From Isurus oxyrinchus (taxonomy: Eukaryota): 64,000 bases of DNA. Under the pieces are notes generated by a model that saw only the letters and a program-made list of their open reading frames with translations, had not been told where the DNA came from and made no database searches. Of this stretch, positions 34,519 to 47,781 are shown in pieces (the first letter of the stretch is position 1; each line of letters opens with the position of its first letter). The stretch covers positions 32,302,001 through 32,366,000 of the forward strand of contig JANJGN010000026.1 in the NCBI GenBank assembly GCA_026770705.1, given 5' to 3'. The translations under genes and the position numbers were made by a program.

Positions 34519-35819
34519 CTGTAGAGGTTGGATTCTGCATTTTTTGCTGCTGCTAATCATATTCAGGATTGAATTCTTTCATTCTGACATTTGGGTCTGT
34601 TTCTGCAGATTTTAATGGACTGCTGTTTAATATTTTGGATAAATGTCGAATAGAATGTCAAGCTTTGTTTTAAACACATTATTGTAGATTTTTGTCTTTC
34701 CCTCCTGAGTGTTTAACATCACCTGGCTGGGGCTCAGAAAGGACAATCTGGGGGAGGATCTTACGGATGGAACAGAACTTCAGCCTGGACACAGTCCTTC
34801 AGGGTCACACTGAGGGGGACAAATGGCACTTTGGTCTTTCTCATCTTTCTTCACTGACAACAAAACCCACATGTGGATTAATCCTGAGGTGTGTAAGAAA
34901 TGTGCCACAGCCACTTCTGTGCAGTACATACAGTCTAAAAATGACCAAGGTCAGGCTACGAGGAGTCCAAGTCCATATAGAAAAGTGGATGGAAAAATAC
35001 AAACTCGCTGCAAATCTAACCCTCTGATTTCTGGTTTGTAACCATCGTGGTTCAAACCTCCTAGGCACAACTGTGGTTGTTCTGCCTGAGTCAGGCAGAC
35101 TGGAAACGTACTGTTAAATCAGAGATTGATGTAAAACTTGCTGTTAAATCAGAGATTGATGTAAAACTGTGCTCTGTTCCTGACTGAAACTTAAACACCA
35201 GGATTACGTTTCCAGTTTAAAAGTGACTGTGATTATTCTGTGAAGTTTTAAAGATGTTCTAGTGACAATTCTGAATCTACCACCTTAAGCCAACATCAAC
35301 AACAACTTGTATTGATATAGCACCTTTTACATAGTAAAATGCAGTTAAATATATAGTTTAAAGCATGTACTAAAATAACACATGGAGGAGTTCACAGGAT
35401 CCTGTTAAATGCTGGGACAATGATACAACAAACATTTGATTTCCAGATAATGAAGAACCTGCAGCATGTTTCCAGGAATTCCCTGTTTTATTCATGTGTG
35501 CATTTTGGTTCCAAGGATTTTGTTGCAGTCTGCTCAGTATTAACTGCATCAGGTCCTTGTGTCCTTGTTCAGTCTGCAACAGAATTAAAGATTTAATGAA
35601 CTGTGGTACAAAGTTTTGTTGATTGGGAATTCTTATCAGTGATTTACTGTAATTCTGCTCCTAAATTTTAAAATTGGAGTTTCATTTTCTGGGTCCAAAT
35701 CATTTACGTAAGTTGTGAATAACAGGGATCCCAGCATTGCTCCCTGTGGAACACCACTTCTCACCTTTTACCAGTCTGAGTAGCAACTCTTAACCTCCTC
35801 TCTCTGTTTTCTATTTTGT

Positions 35820-36200
35820 CACCTGCTTGCTTTCCATAACAGTGTGTACAATCTACAAGGTGACCAAGTAATTCACCAAGGCTCCTTCAACAACACCTTT
35901 CAAACCCACGACCACTACCTTCTGGAAGGACAAGGGCAGCAGTTTGTGGGAACACCACCACCTGGAAGTTCCCCTCCAAGTCACTCATCAACCTGACCTG
36001 GAAATATATCACCGTTCCTTCACTGTCACTGGGTCAAAATCCTGGAACTCCCTCCCTAATAGCACTGTGGGTGCACCTACACCACAGGGACTGCAGTAGT
36101 TCAAGAAAGCAGCTCACCACCAGCTTCTCAAGGGCAACGAGGGATGGGCAATAAATGCTGGCCCAGCCAGCGAAGCCCACGTCATGTGAATGAAAAATAT
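35820..36200 (+). mobile_element. CR1-like LINE (second family) 3' end
   Basis: Ends GGGATGGGCAATAAATGCTGGCCCAGCCAGCGAAGCCCAC. Confidence 0.8.
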
Positions 36201-37094
36201 CAGGTGGTGTGGAGGGAAGGGCCAGACAGCAGAATGGATGGAAAGGTGGCTACAACACCAAAATCAGAGGGTTAGATTTACAGGGAGTTTGTAGCCATCT
36301 TTCCATCCATTTTGCTGTGTGGCCTGACCTTCACCCAGACCATCAATATAAAGGGAATTAGCATCATCTGTAATGCCAGCAGGAAAGTAGAGGCTGCAAT
36401 GAGCCAAGGATATTGTCCTGTATTGTGTAAGAACTCCCATCAGGGTTTATCACCCATGGTGATCATAGACCACTCAATATCTATTGACCACAACTTTTTG
36501 TTGCTGCTTCTGTCCAAGGTGTTGTTCATTATAAATTTAAGGTTCAGAGAAAGTGGTGGCATCAGATGGTCAAAACTGCTCGCAGTCCCTGGAGCTTAAT
36601 GTTTACATGAATTTCTATAACATTTTGATCCTGACAGATGCTAATACTTTATCCCCAGTCTCAGTCAGTCAGGTTGGCTGGTGTGAGGCAAAACCTTGTC
36701 CACCTGATTGGGAGGAAGTGTACCTGTGTGGTTTTGTGTATGTGTGGCTGTCTTTGTGTGTGTATGTGTGTGTGTCTGTGTTGGGTGGTGGGGGTGGGGG
36801 AGAGGGGGGTGTGGTGGTGAGATGGCGGTGTTGCTGTCAGTGTGTGTGTAAAACCAGGCACCTGTGCAACCACCAGGTCCCACTTCCTTTATAGCAACAT
36901 GAAGAGTTTTTTTCCCACAACCCTTCCTTTTGCTTCACTATTATCTTCAGATAGTTCACAAATTCCTTGTATACAACATCCTCCAACACACCTGTGGTCT
37001 CCATTTTAAATGCTTCCATTGGCCTTTCCAACAGATAGCAATGGGATTGCTGCTACCATAGGATTCAGTTCTGAAATACTGTCATTCTGATGTT

Positions 37095-38060
37095 TTTTTA
37101 TTCCTTCACGGGATGTGGGCTTCGCTGACTGGGCCAGCATTTATTACCTATCACTAATTGCCCTTGAGAAGGTGGTGGTGAGCTGCCATCTGGAACTGTT
37201 GCTGTCCACGTGGTGCAGGTACGCCCACAGTGCTGTTAGGGAGGGAGTTCCAGGATTTTGACACAGCGATAGTGAAGGAATGGCAATATATTTCCAACTA
37301 TGGTGAGTGACTTGGAGGGGAACTTCGAAGTGGTGCTGTTCCCATCTACCTATTTGTCCTTCTAGTTGGTAGTAGTCATAGGTTTTAAAGGTGCTGTCTA
37401 AGGAACTTTGGTGAATTCCTGATGTGCATCTTGTAGATGGGACACATTGCTGCTACTGTGCATCGGTGACAGAGGGAGTGAACGTTTGTGGATGTGATGC
37501 CAATCAAGTGGGCTGCTTTGTCCTGGATGGTGTCAAGTTCCTTGAGTGTTGTGGGAGCTGCACTCATCCAGGCGAGGGGGGAGTCTTTCATCACACTCCT
37601 GACTGGTGCCTGTAGATGGTGGACAGGCTTTGGAGAGTCAGGAGGTGAGTTATTTGCCATAGGATTCCCAGCCTCTGACCTGTTCTTGTATCCACAGTAT
37701 ATGGCTAGTCCAGTTCAGTTTCTGGTCAATGCTAACACCCAGGATGTTGATAGTGGGAGATTCAATGATTTAATGCCGTTGAACATCTAGGGGTGATGGT
37801 TAGATTCTCTCTTTTTGTATATGGTCATTGTCTGGCACTTGTGTGGTGCAAATGTTACTTGCCACTTGTCAGCTCAAGACTGGATATTGTCCAGGACTTG
37901 CTGCATTTGGACATGGACTACCTCAGTATTTGAGAGATTGCAAATGGTGCTCAACATTGTACAATCATCAGCGAACATCCCCACTTCTGATCTTATGATG
38001 GAAGGAAGGTCTTTGATGAAGCAGCTGAAGATGGTTGGGGTGAGGACACTACCCTGAGGT
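37095..38060 (-). mobile_element. CR1-like LINE (second family) RT 3' part
   Basis: QGSVLTPTIFSCFIKDLPSIIRSEVGMFADDCTM (RT motifs B/C). Confidence 0.9.
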
Positions 38061-38514
38061 TTAAGGCTTCCTGGAGTAAGACACTGATCCAGATCTTCCC
38101 ACCTAACACTAATCCAGAGCCCCATCTGAGTTCCTGATTTTAATACGATTGTCCCATCTGCTTGGCATCCTTTCATATATGAGAGATGATGGGAATGCAG
38201 CCTCAGGAGCTTGGTGAGGTCAGATGAGATGGTCTGCTGCCTTTCATCTGATGTCTGAACAATCTGATTCTAGGAAGACAAATTCTGTCAAAAGTAAATA
38301 TTCCTTACTCATGTTGTGGGTTGATATCAGTTGACACCCTGTTTGCAGGGATGGTGTCTGTTGTGGAGATTGTGAAGTCACATGTTGCGGTGGTGGTGAA
38401 CTCCTGCTCACAGCTGGCGTTGGTAGTTGCATCAATTGTCATCTAGAGTTTCCCACTCATCATGATTAATGTTGAGGGCTTTCATGTCTCATTTCTGAAG
38501 CTTTGAATATGATT

Positions 38515-38835
38515 GGCTGGGTGGTGCAGTGGTTAGTGCTGCTGCTTCGCAGCTCCAGAGACCTGGTTTTGACCCTGATCTTAAGTGTCTGTCTGTGTGG
38601 AGTTTGCATGTTTTCCTTGTATCTCTGTATGTTTCTGCTGGGTGCTCTGTTTTCCTACCACCCTCCAAAGATGCGTTCGTTAGGTGGATTGGTGACAGTA
38701 AATTGTCCCCTATTGTGTGTGTGCCGTGATGGACTGGCATCCTGTCTTGGGGGTACCCTACCTAGTGCCTGTTGGGATAGGCTCCTACTTCCTGCAACAA
38801 TGAATTGGATGAAGTGGTTCTGAAAGAGTGATTGT
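38515..38835 (+). mobile_element. V-SINE (tRNA head, V domain, L2-type tail)
   Basis: GGTGGTGCAGTGGTTAG A-box; TGTGTGGAGTTTGCATGTT..GGGTGCTCTGTTTTCC..CCAAAGA V domain; tail GATGGACTGGC..GGGATAGGCTCC. Confidence 0.85.
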
Positions 38836-39229
38836 CCAATAGAGAAAACATATTTGACCTCTGTCAACCTGATTCAGCACATAATTACAGACTACAGGAG
38901 ATTGTCTTTGAGGTCAGTTTTTCCTTTACAGTTTCTGTTGTTCTGAATGATGACAGCATGAACCTTCTCCCTAATCTGTCCTAACCATTCTGCCTGTTCA
39001 TTTATTGAAATCCTTATTCTAATAATGACATTCCCTGTATGCCCAGTTATTCCTTTAAGTCAGCCGTTAGATTGTGTGTCCATTGTTTCATCATATTCCC
39101 AGATATCACTAACAAATGTTGAAATGTTTGCCCCACACCCACAGGGTTTCATCTGTTTAAAGGCACAGACAGAAAGGTCCAGTTTTCACCTGGAGTTTGA
39201 GACAAATCAGCTTTCAAAATGATGCGGAG

Positions 39230-39640
39230 TTTCAGCCAATGAGGGAGACCGGGCTCAGCCCCGCCCCTCATTCACTCCGATTGGTTGGAGGACCAGCAGC
39301 ATCCGTTCATGTCCTCCAGCCTCGCCCCCTCTCTTTAATTGGCCCGAAACTGCGTTCAATCACTCACCGGGCAGTGTGATCTGGAGCATGCGCAGTGGGG
39401 GTGATGTCCATGGATAGACGTTTGTCTCATCTGCAGGCGGGAAGGAAGCGGACAAGCGGAGGCAGCGTTAGGGGCAGTGGGTGGGAGGGGAGGCTTCCCA
39501 AATACCCAGTGGAGGCCGCAAACATGAAAAAAGAAGTTAACTGTCCCGATTTTGCACCAATAGTGAGGGCTTTTTTTTGCAAAATCCGGCCACCGTCTTG
39601 AGCGGGTCAATGTGCAGCAGGGCGCATGCGCCGTCATCCC
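39230..39640 (+). promoter_or_regulatory. CpG-rich promoter of zinc-finger gene B
   Basis: GC boxes, CCAAT/ATTGG boxes, GCATGCGCA and perfect NRF1-type palindrome GGCGCATGCGCC (39621-39632). Confidence 0.7.
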
Positions 39641-40044
39641 TGTCCCTGTCAGCAGGAGGAGAGAATATTGTGAATTGTCATCCAGACTCGAAACGTTAAT
39701 TGTTCCTCTCCGCAGAGGCTGTCAGACCTGCTGAGTTTTTGCAGGTATTTTTGTTTTTGTTGTGAATTTCTATCCTGGACTGGCAGTGATGGATTTTGGA
39801 AACTCCTTTTGCAAGGGGTTAAAGCGGGGTGTGGAGACAGAAAACTCAAATCGAATATAACAATAAGATCTGACAGAGTCACTTGATTCATTACGACCTG
39901 GATATTATTGGCTTTTGAGTTTAAGCATTGAGTTCCAGGTCATAACCACTCATTGTGTAAAAACATTAGTCCTCACATTCTCCTGTATCTCCTCCCAAAA
40001 GCTTCAATCTGGGTCCAGTAATCATTTTGCGATCAGCTAACTTT

Positions 40045-41430
40045 TTTTATTCAATCATGGGATTTTGGCATCACTGACTAGGCCAGTTTTTATTGCCCAT
40101 CTCTAATTGCATTTGAGAAGGTGGTGGTGAGCTGCCTTCTTCAACTGCTGCAGTCCGTGTGGTGCAGGTACACCCACAGTGCTGTTCGGGAGGGAATTCC
40201 AGGATTTTGACCCTGTGACAGTGAAGGAACGGCGATATATTTCCAAGTCAAGATGGTGAATGACTTGGAAGGGAACTTACAGGTGGTGGTGTTCCAATTT
40301 ATCTGCTGCCCTTGATGGTAGTGGTCGTGGGTTTTGAAAGTGCTGTCCAAGGACCCTTGGTGAGTTTCTGCTGTGCACCTTGTAGATGGAACATGCTGCT
40401 GTTAGTGTGCATCGGTGGTGGAGTGAGTGAATGTTTGGGATGTGGTTCCAATTAAGAGCACTGTTTTGTCCTGGGTGCTGTCGAGCTTCTTGAGTGTTGT
40501 GGGAGCTGCACTCATCCAGGCAAGTAGGGAGCATTCCACCACACTCCTGACTTGTGCAGTGTAGATGGGGGACAGGCTTTGGGGCATCAGGAGGTGAGTT
40601 CCTCGCTGCAGGATTCCTAACCTCTTACCTGCTTTCGTAGCCACAGTATTTATATGGCTAGTCCAGTAAGTTTCTGGTCAATGGTAACCCCCAGGATGTT
40701 GATAGTGGGAGATTCAGTGATGGTGATGCCATTGAATGTCAATGGACAATGGTTAGATTCTGTCTTGTTGCAGATGGTCATTTGCTTGGCACTTGTGTGG
40801 TGCAAATGTTACTTGCCACTTGTCAGCCCAAGCCTGGATATTGTCCAGGTCTTGCTGCATTTGGACTTGGACTGCTTCAGTATCTAAGGAGCCATGAATG
40901 GTGCTGAACATTGTGCAATCATCAGCGAGCATCCTCACTTCTGATCTTATGATGGAAGGGAGGTCAGTGATGAAACAGCTGAAGATGGTTGTGCTGAGAA
41001 CACTATGCTGAGGAACTCCAGCAGTGATGTCCTGGAGTTGTGATGACTGACCTCTAACAACCACAACCATCTTCCTATGTGCTAGGTATGACTCCAACCA
41101 GCGAAGAGTTTTCCACCTGGTTCCCATTGACTCCAGTTTTGCTCGGGCTCCTTGATGCCACACTCAGTCAAATGTGGCCTTGATGTTAAGTGCAGTCACT
41201 GTCACCTCACCGTGGGAGTTCAGTGTTTTGTCAATGTTTGACCAAGGCTGTTATGAGGTCGGGAGCTGAGTGAACTTGGCGGAACCCAAACTGGGTGTCA
41301 GTGAGCAGGTTATTCCTGAGCAAATGCAGCTTCATAGCTCTATTGATGATCCCTTCCATTACTTCACTGATGACTGAGAGTAGACCGATGAGGCAGTAAT
41401 TGGCTGGGATGGATTTGTCCAGCTTTTCCT
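40045..41430 (-). mobile_element. CR1-like LINE (second family) RT region
   Basis: WLESYLAHRKMVVVV..ITAGVPQHSVL..MLADDCTM; QFGFRQVHSAPDLI. Confidence 0.9.
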
Positions 41431-43192
41431 GTATTTTTTGTTTCATACTGTTGAAGAGAGGGGGTGAAGCAAAATAGGGGTAGTCGAAGCTTAGGAGCAA
41501 TTTGACAAAGATATCTGATACAGGACAAAGACATTGATTGTATTACATACAAAGGCAGATGTTAACAGTGGCATCAAGGTCAGTTAGCAGAATGTGTTAA
41601 TTGCAGAACAGTGGTTAGCGCTCTCTGAAAACAAAACATGAGAATTAGGTACAGACTGGCTCTTTCTGAGGGAGGGCATTGGGAAATAAAGAATTATCAA
41701 AGTGGACCAGTGAACCTTTGTTTCAATCCCTCTAGAACAAGTAAGTCCTTGCTTAGGTAACGAGACCAAGACTGCAAACACTACTCCAGGTGAGGCCTCA
41801 TCACTGCTCTGAATAATTGTAGTAATTCTTCTTTACTCTGATACTTAATTGCCTATGCACTTAGGAAATACTAGTATGATCAGGCAGTCAACATGGTTTT
41901 ATCAAAGCAAAATTGTGCTTCAAAAGTATATTAGCTTTCTTGAGCATGTGACTGACAGGATGGATAAAGGGCAACCAGTAGATGTCATATACTTGGATTT
42001 CCATAAGGCATTCGACAAAAGGCTGCAGAAATTCCCTTATCAATGACTCCAGGAGCCCAGTGCACCAAATAGGATGGGGTTGTGCTCTGAGCATTCTCGT
42101 ACCAGCTGGTGGAGATGGGCTGCTGTGGAAAAGGTGGCTCAGGAGACCGTAGGAGATTGTGGGAGGAATTGGAGCTGTGCATTGGCCGGGAAGCTTCAGA
42201 AACATCTGGCCTAGGCCTGAGACCCACAATCGCATGTTTGCAACTTTGGGGCTTTATCCCAGGGACAGGCCCAAGTTAGCAGCCACCATTGTAGTTTAGC
42301 AAATGGCAGAGGATATACACAGCCACCTTGGTGTGGGAATGGAGAGTGAGAGGGTCTTTGTGGTCCCAGTGACCAGGAGAGAAAATGTTTGACTCATTAA
42401 TTTTGTTCTCATTCTGCATTCAGGGGCTGGAGAATTGAACACAGCCAGAGTAGAGGCAGAAAAGGGAACGCAGGAAAGATATGGTGGCAGTGGCGCTGAA
42501 ATCCAATCCAATCATACTGGGAGGAGGGAGAATGTGTGCTGTGGGTGTACCTACAGCATATGGACTACAGCCGTTCAAGAAGACAGTTCACCGCCACCTT
42601 CTCAGGGGCAGTTGGGGATGGGTAATAAATGCTGGCCTAGCCAGTGATACCCACATCCCATGAACGAATAAAAAAAAAATGTACCAACCTGTATGGGACG
42701 AGGATTTACTTTGAGAGCTGTGTCTGCCAATTGGAGAACAAGAGAGGAAAAGATGTTCCATAGGAAATGAGATTTTCTGTTCTGAATTTCCATCCTGTAG
42801 TTAGAGTGATTGATGACTTGTGTAATCTCCTTTAACAGGGAATAAGAACAGGAGGATTTGCGGACAGGAAACTCAAACCAAACTTCACATTGAGATCTGA
42901 CTCAATTCCTCAGGACTGGAATATCATCGACCTTTGAATGTGGAAGGAGAAATGTCTGTTCTGTCTGTGGTAAAAGATTTCAAACATCATTGTGACTGGA
43001 AAAGCACCGAGATACACACACACTTGAGTGAGAGTGTTCCAGTGAACTGACTGTGGAAAGAGCCTTAACCAGTTACACAATCTGAAAAAACATCACACGA
43101 TTCACAGCGGGGAGAAACTGTACACGTGTTCTGTGTGTGGACAAGATTTCAACTAATCATCCAACCTGGAGAGACCCAGTGACACCTGCAGC

Positions 43193-43669
43193 ATGGAGAA
43201 ACCGTGGAAATGTGGGGACTGTGGGAAGAGATTCAGTTGTCCATCCCACCTAGAAACTCATCGACGCACTCACACTGGGGAGAGACCATTCATCTGTTCC
43301 GTGTGTGGGAAGGGATTTACTCAGCCATCCAGCCTCATGTCACACCAGCGAATTCACACTGAGGAGAAACCTTTTAAATGTTCTGACTGTGGAAGAAGCT
43401 TTAGGAGCTCCGGCTGTTTAATTCAACATCAGGGACTTCACACAGGGGAGAGACCATTCACCTGCTCCACGTGTGGGAAGAGATTCAGCCATCCATCCAC
43501 CCTGCAGAGACACCACCAAGTTCACACTGGGGAGAGGCCATTCCTCTGCTCCAAGTGTGGGAAGGGATTCACTCAGTCATCCCACCTGCTGAGACACCAG
43601 CAAGTCCATAAGTCACTTTTGGAGTTTGATTCTGCTGATATTGCTGCTGATAATCACATCCAGGACTGA
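43193..43669 (+). CDS. C2H2 zinc-finger protein B, 5 intact fingers (exon from acceptor at 42839; upstream fingers decayed)
   Basis: 158-aa ORF with five CxxC..HxxxH units and TGERPF/TEEKPF linkers. Confidence 0.75.
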   Translation: MEKPWKCGDCGKRFSCPSHLETHRRTHTGERPFICSVCGKGFTQPSSLMSHQRIHTEEKPFKCSDCGRSFRSSGCLIQHQGLHTGERPFTCSTCGKRFSHPSTLQRHHQVHTGERPFLCSKCGKGFTQSSHLLRHQQVHKSLLEFDSADIAADNHIQD

Positions 43670-43794
43670 ACCCTGTTCATTCTGACAGAATTCTTGCTTC
43701 CTGAACTGGGGTTTGGTGTCCAATGAGTCACCTTTGTGTGTGCCAAGCCCTTGATTTCTCCAGGATAAGAGGAAAGTCATTGAGCTCCTGTTAC

Positions 43795-45555
43795 TGGCTG
43801 CTCTGGTTTTGGAACTTGATGGGATAGAAAGCTGACAAACCCCCGGATCTCACTGCCTACATTCAAAGATTCGGAAAGAGGTGGTTGCACCGATATTGGA
43901 TGCACTGCTTGTGATTTTCCAAAATTCCCTAGATTCTGGAATGGCACCAATGGACTGGATGGTGGAAAATGTAATCCCAATATTCAAGAAAAGCAGGATA
44001 GAGGATACGGGGAAACACAGGCCATTTAGCTGGACATCAGTCATCAAGAAAGCACTGGAATCTATTATGAAGGAAGTGGTAACATTGCACTTAGAAAAGG
44101 ACAATTTCATTAGACAAAGTGAACATGGTTTGATGAAAGGGGAACCGTGTTTGATAAAGCTGATAGAATTTGTTGAGGATGTAACTCACCGGTTAGATAA
44201 AGCGGAACCAGGGAATATAGTTTGATTGAACCTTCAAAAGTCATTTGATAAGGTGCTACATAAAACATTGTTGCACAAGATCAAGGCTCATAGAGTTGGG
44301 GGTAGAATAATAGCATGGATAAAGGATTAGTTAAAGGTCAGAACACAAAGATTAGGAATAAACATATCATGTTCTGGTCAGCGGGCTGTTATTCTGTAAC
44401 AGCACGAGCAGTGTGACTGGGGCTTCACGTATTTGCAGTCTATATTCAGGACTTATTTCAAGGAGGACCGAGTCCCAATGTGTTCAAGTTTGCTGATCAT
44501 ATCAAGTTAGGTGGATAAATAAGCTGTGAGGAGGACATAAGAAGTCTGCAAAGGGACATGGACAGGTTGAATAAATAGGCAAGAAGATGGCAGATTGAGT
44601 ATAATATGGGAAAATGTGAGGTTATTTACTTGAGTAAGAAGCAGAGAGAAATTGAATATTTCTTGAATGGCGAGAAACTAAATGTTGTTGTTCAGAGAGA
44701 TTTGAATTTCCTTGTCCAAGAAGCAAAGGAAGTGAACATACAGGTGCAGCAAGCAATTAGAAAATAAATGAGATGTTAGTGTTGATTCCAAGAGGATTGG
44801 AGTACAAGAGTAAGGAAGTCTTGCTACAATTGTCCAGGGCTCTAGTAATACCACATCTGGAGCACTGTTTATAGTTTTGACCTCCTTACCTAATGAAGGA
44901 TTCACTTCCTTTGGAGGGATTGTAATGAATGTTCAGTAAATTGATTCCTGGGGTGATGGGGCTGTGCAATGATGAGAGATTGAGTAGACTGAGCCTATAC
45001 TCTCTATAGTTTAATGGAAGGCTCTGAGAATGCTCACTAGATTGATCCCTGGGATGACGGGGCTGTGCTATGATGAGAGATTGAATAGACTGGGACTGTA
45101 CTCTGCCATTTAATGAAAGGTTCTGAGATTGTTCATTAGATTGATTCCTGGGGCGATGGGATGTGCTATGATGAGAGATTGAGTAGACTGGACTATACTC
45201 TCTGCAGTTTAATGGAAGATTCTGAGAGGCTGTTTCCCAGGCTTGAGAGTCTACAGCCAGGAGGCATCATCTCCGGCCTTTCAGACTGAAATGAGAAATA
45301 ACTTCCTTCACTCAGAGGGTTGTCAATCTTTGGAATTCCCTACTCCAGATGATTGTGGATGCTCACTTGTTCACTGTGTTAAGAGACTGAGATCGACCGG
45401 TTTTTGGACTCGAAGGAAATCAAGGGGTTATGAGGTTTGAGTGGGAAAGTCGAGAGGATTGAGAAAGTTGAGATTGAGGATCAGCCATGATCTGATTAAA
45501 TGTCAGAGCAGGTTTTAGAGTCTGTATGATTTACTTCAGCTCTTATTTCTTACGT
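43795..45555 (+). mobile_element. CR1 LINE ORF2 (RT) to 3' tail, degenerate
   Basis: ILDALLVIFQNSLDSG..DW..NVIPIFKK..RP..TSVI; FAD motif; CR1 tail. Confidence 0.9.
44941..45230 (+). repeat. ~100-bp internal triplication inside CR1
   Basis: TTGATTCCTGGGG..GATGAGAGATTGAGTAGACTG..TTTAATGGAAG starts at ~44941, 45042 and 45141. Confidence 0.85.
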
Positions 45556-45639
45556 TTTCCTTTCTAATTCTGGATTATTTCACTTCTCAGACATTTGGTT
45601 ACTGTCATGCTCACATCCCAGCTCCCCATACCTTCCAGA

Positions 45640-46110
45640 GGTTCTCCATCATGCTGGGCTCAACAGCAAGGAGACCACCCTCCAGAATATTCCAGTTGGA
45701 TGGCCAGGCCATGTCCCCCACATGGATAATGACAGAATTCCCAAGCAGATTGTCAATGGGGAACTGTCTCAGAGTAAACAACATCAAGGTGGTCAGTACA
45801 AACGGTACAAGGACACCCTAAAAAAGAGCCTTACAAACTTGTGTATTGCAGACCACCTCTCTGGGGAAAACACTGCAGCCGATCAGCCCAAGTGGAGGCA
45901 AACACTGAAATTTGGTTCAGCATGTTTCAAGGACCATCTACGGCAGACTCACAACATCCGATGTGCCCAGAGGAAGACCAGAGGTGGAGCAGCTACAGAA
46001 GTTCCTCCAGCACCAACAACAACAACATGAACTGTCAGTTCTGTGGGCATCCATGTCGATCCCACATCGGACTCTTTAGTCATGAGAGGAGCCACAGAAA
46101 ACAATGGAAT
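45640..46110 (+). mobile_element. RTE-clade LINE 3' fragment
   Basis: RIPKQIVNGEL..GGQYKRYKDTLKKSL and C-terminal CQFCGHPCRSHIGLFSHERSH. Confidence 0.85.
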
Positions 46111-46979
46111 CATTTACAGCTAGGACACACTCGAACAGCGAGGCATCTACCACAACATTACCCGTGTTCCCCGGATCAGGAAACTATACTCTGTCTGTAT
46201 GATTGCAGTGCTGTTAATAAAGTCAGGAAAAGACAATCTGATGTTGTGAGCTTGATTATCTGGTGTCTGAAACCACAAGATTCAACATTTAGAGTCAACA
46301 AGATGAACAAGGAAACGCATCACGGCCCAATTCTCCAGCTCGATATTCACAGGAGAAAGTCTGTTATCCAACACCTCGAGTGGACAGAACAGAGAAAGAT
46401 CCCAACTGTAAGAAACAGTCAAATTATTTGTAAATATATTTGAAATGCTGACAGGTTCCAACAGTCAGTTTCCATTACATTGAAGTCAATGGAAGATGAG
46501 AGAGCGGTTATTCTAGAATTATAAAGAACACTAGTTAGATCACAGCTAGAGGACTGAGTACAGTTCTAGTCAGGGGCCCAGATAGAGTGGAAAGGAAGAA
46601 CCTATTTCATTAACAGAGATGTCAATGACCAGGTGGCAGATTTTTAAAATCATTGGTGGAAGGATTAACGGGGAGTTGAGGAATGTTTTCACCCAGAGGT
46701 TGATGAGGGTCTAGAACTCACAGTCTGAAAGGGTGATAGAGGCAGAAAAACTCACATTTAAAAAGTACTCCAAAATGCACTGGAGGTGTAGTTGTAACCT
46801 ACAGAGCTATGGATCAGGAGCTTGAAAGTGGGATTAGACTGGAAAGATCATTTTCAGGTGGCACAGACATGTTGGGCTGAATGGCCTCCTCTGTGCTGTA
46901 AATTTCTATGATTCTGTGATGACAAGTGGTCCTCATGTTTTTATCCAAGACAGGCCTCAGCCCAGTCATTTGCTCCACA

Positions 46980-47781
46980 TGTTGATGTGATGGTTCGAGC
47001 TAAGAGGTGTGTTCTGGAATCTGTGGTCAGAGGTTGTAATTATTGAGACAGACCCGAATTGAAGAGGGAAACTGAGAAAGGAACTGATTCTCCCACTTGT
47101 TAAGGAAACTAGACTGAACCTGGTTAAAATCATATAAAAGGACACAGAGGGCCCTCAGAGCTCAGTAGTAGATGATGTTCAGTGGTGCTGTACAGGCAGG
47201 CTGAAGAAGATGGAGACTTGATACAGAAGCTGAGAATAAGAACAGTTGCTGCAGCTGTTTCTGTTACTTGGTGGATCGACACCATCCAGACCGTTGTAAG
47301 CAGAGTTGAGTTGGTTCCACAGATGTGTGTCATTTTTGGTGAAGACCATGCCCATGGAACTCAGGTTGGTTGTGCGCTGCTGTTGGCTGGAGATCAGGCT
47401 ACATCCTAGATAAGAGGAGCTGAAATTCCTTGTGAGGAAGACAGTGTTCTGAGTTGTGACTAAGACTGATGACATATAAGTGAGACGCACTGCCAAGTCA
47501 AATCATAAGACCTGTCTTAATTGTATCTGCCATTTAATGTGTAATTTATCATTTATAATTGACTATGATTTGCCTTTTAATTTATGTTGACTTTGTGTTT
47601 TAGAGTATAGATGATTATCTAAGAAAGTGTTCAGTGTTTGCTTTGCTTGACTCTCGTACAGTAAAAATTCTTCTGTTTAAATTATGGGATCTTGAGTCTT
47701 CGTTCTTTCCATAAATAACTGAGATTTCAGATTTCTTCTATTTTGAATAACAAGTTACTGGTCTCTCCCGAGATTATGGCA
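46980..47781 (+). mobile_element. Possible solo LTR
   Basis: TGT..CA termini candidates, TATAAAA near 47132, AT-rich U5-like end; no TSD confirmed. Confidence 0.3.

Noticed and set aside
45841-46443. 200-aa ORF with a C2H2-like motif as a host zinc-finger gene
   Set aside because: The motif is the C-terminal Cys/His element of the RTE LINE ORF, read through into unrelated sequence
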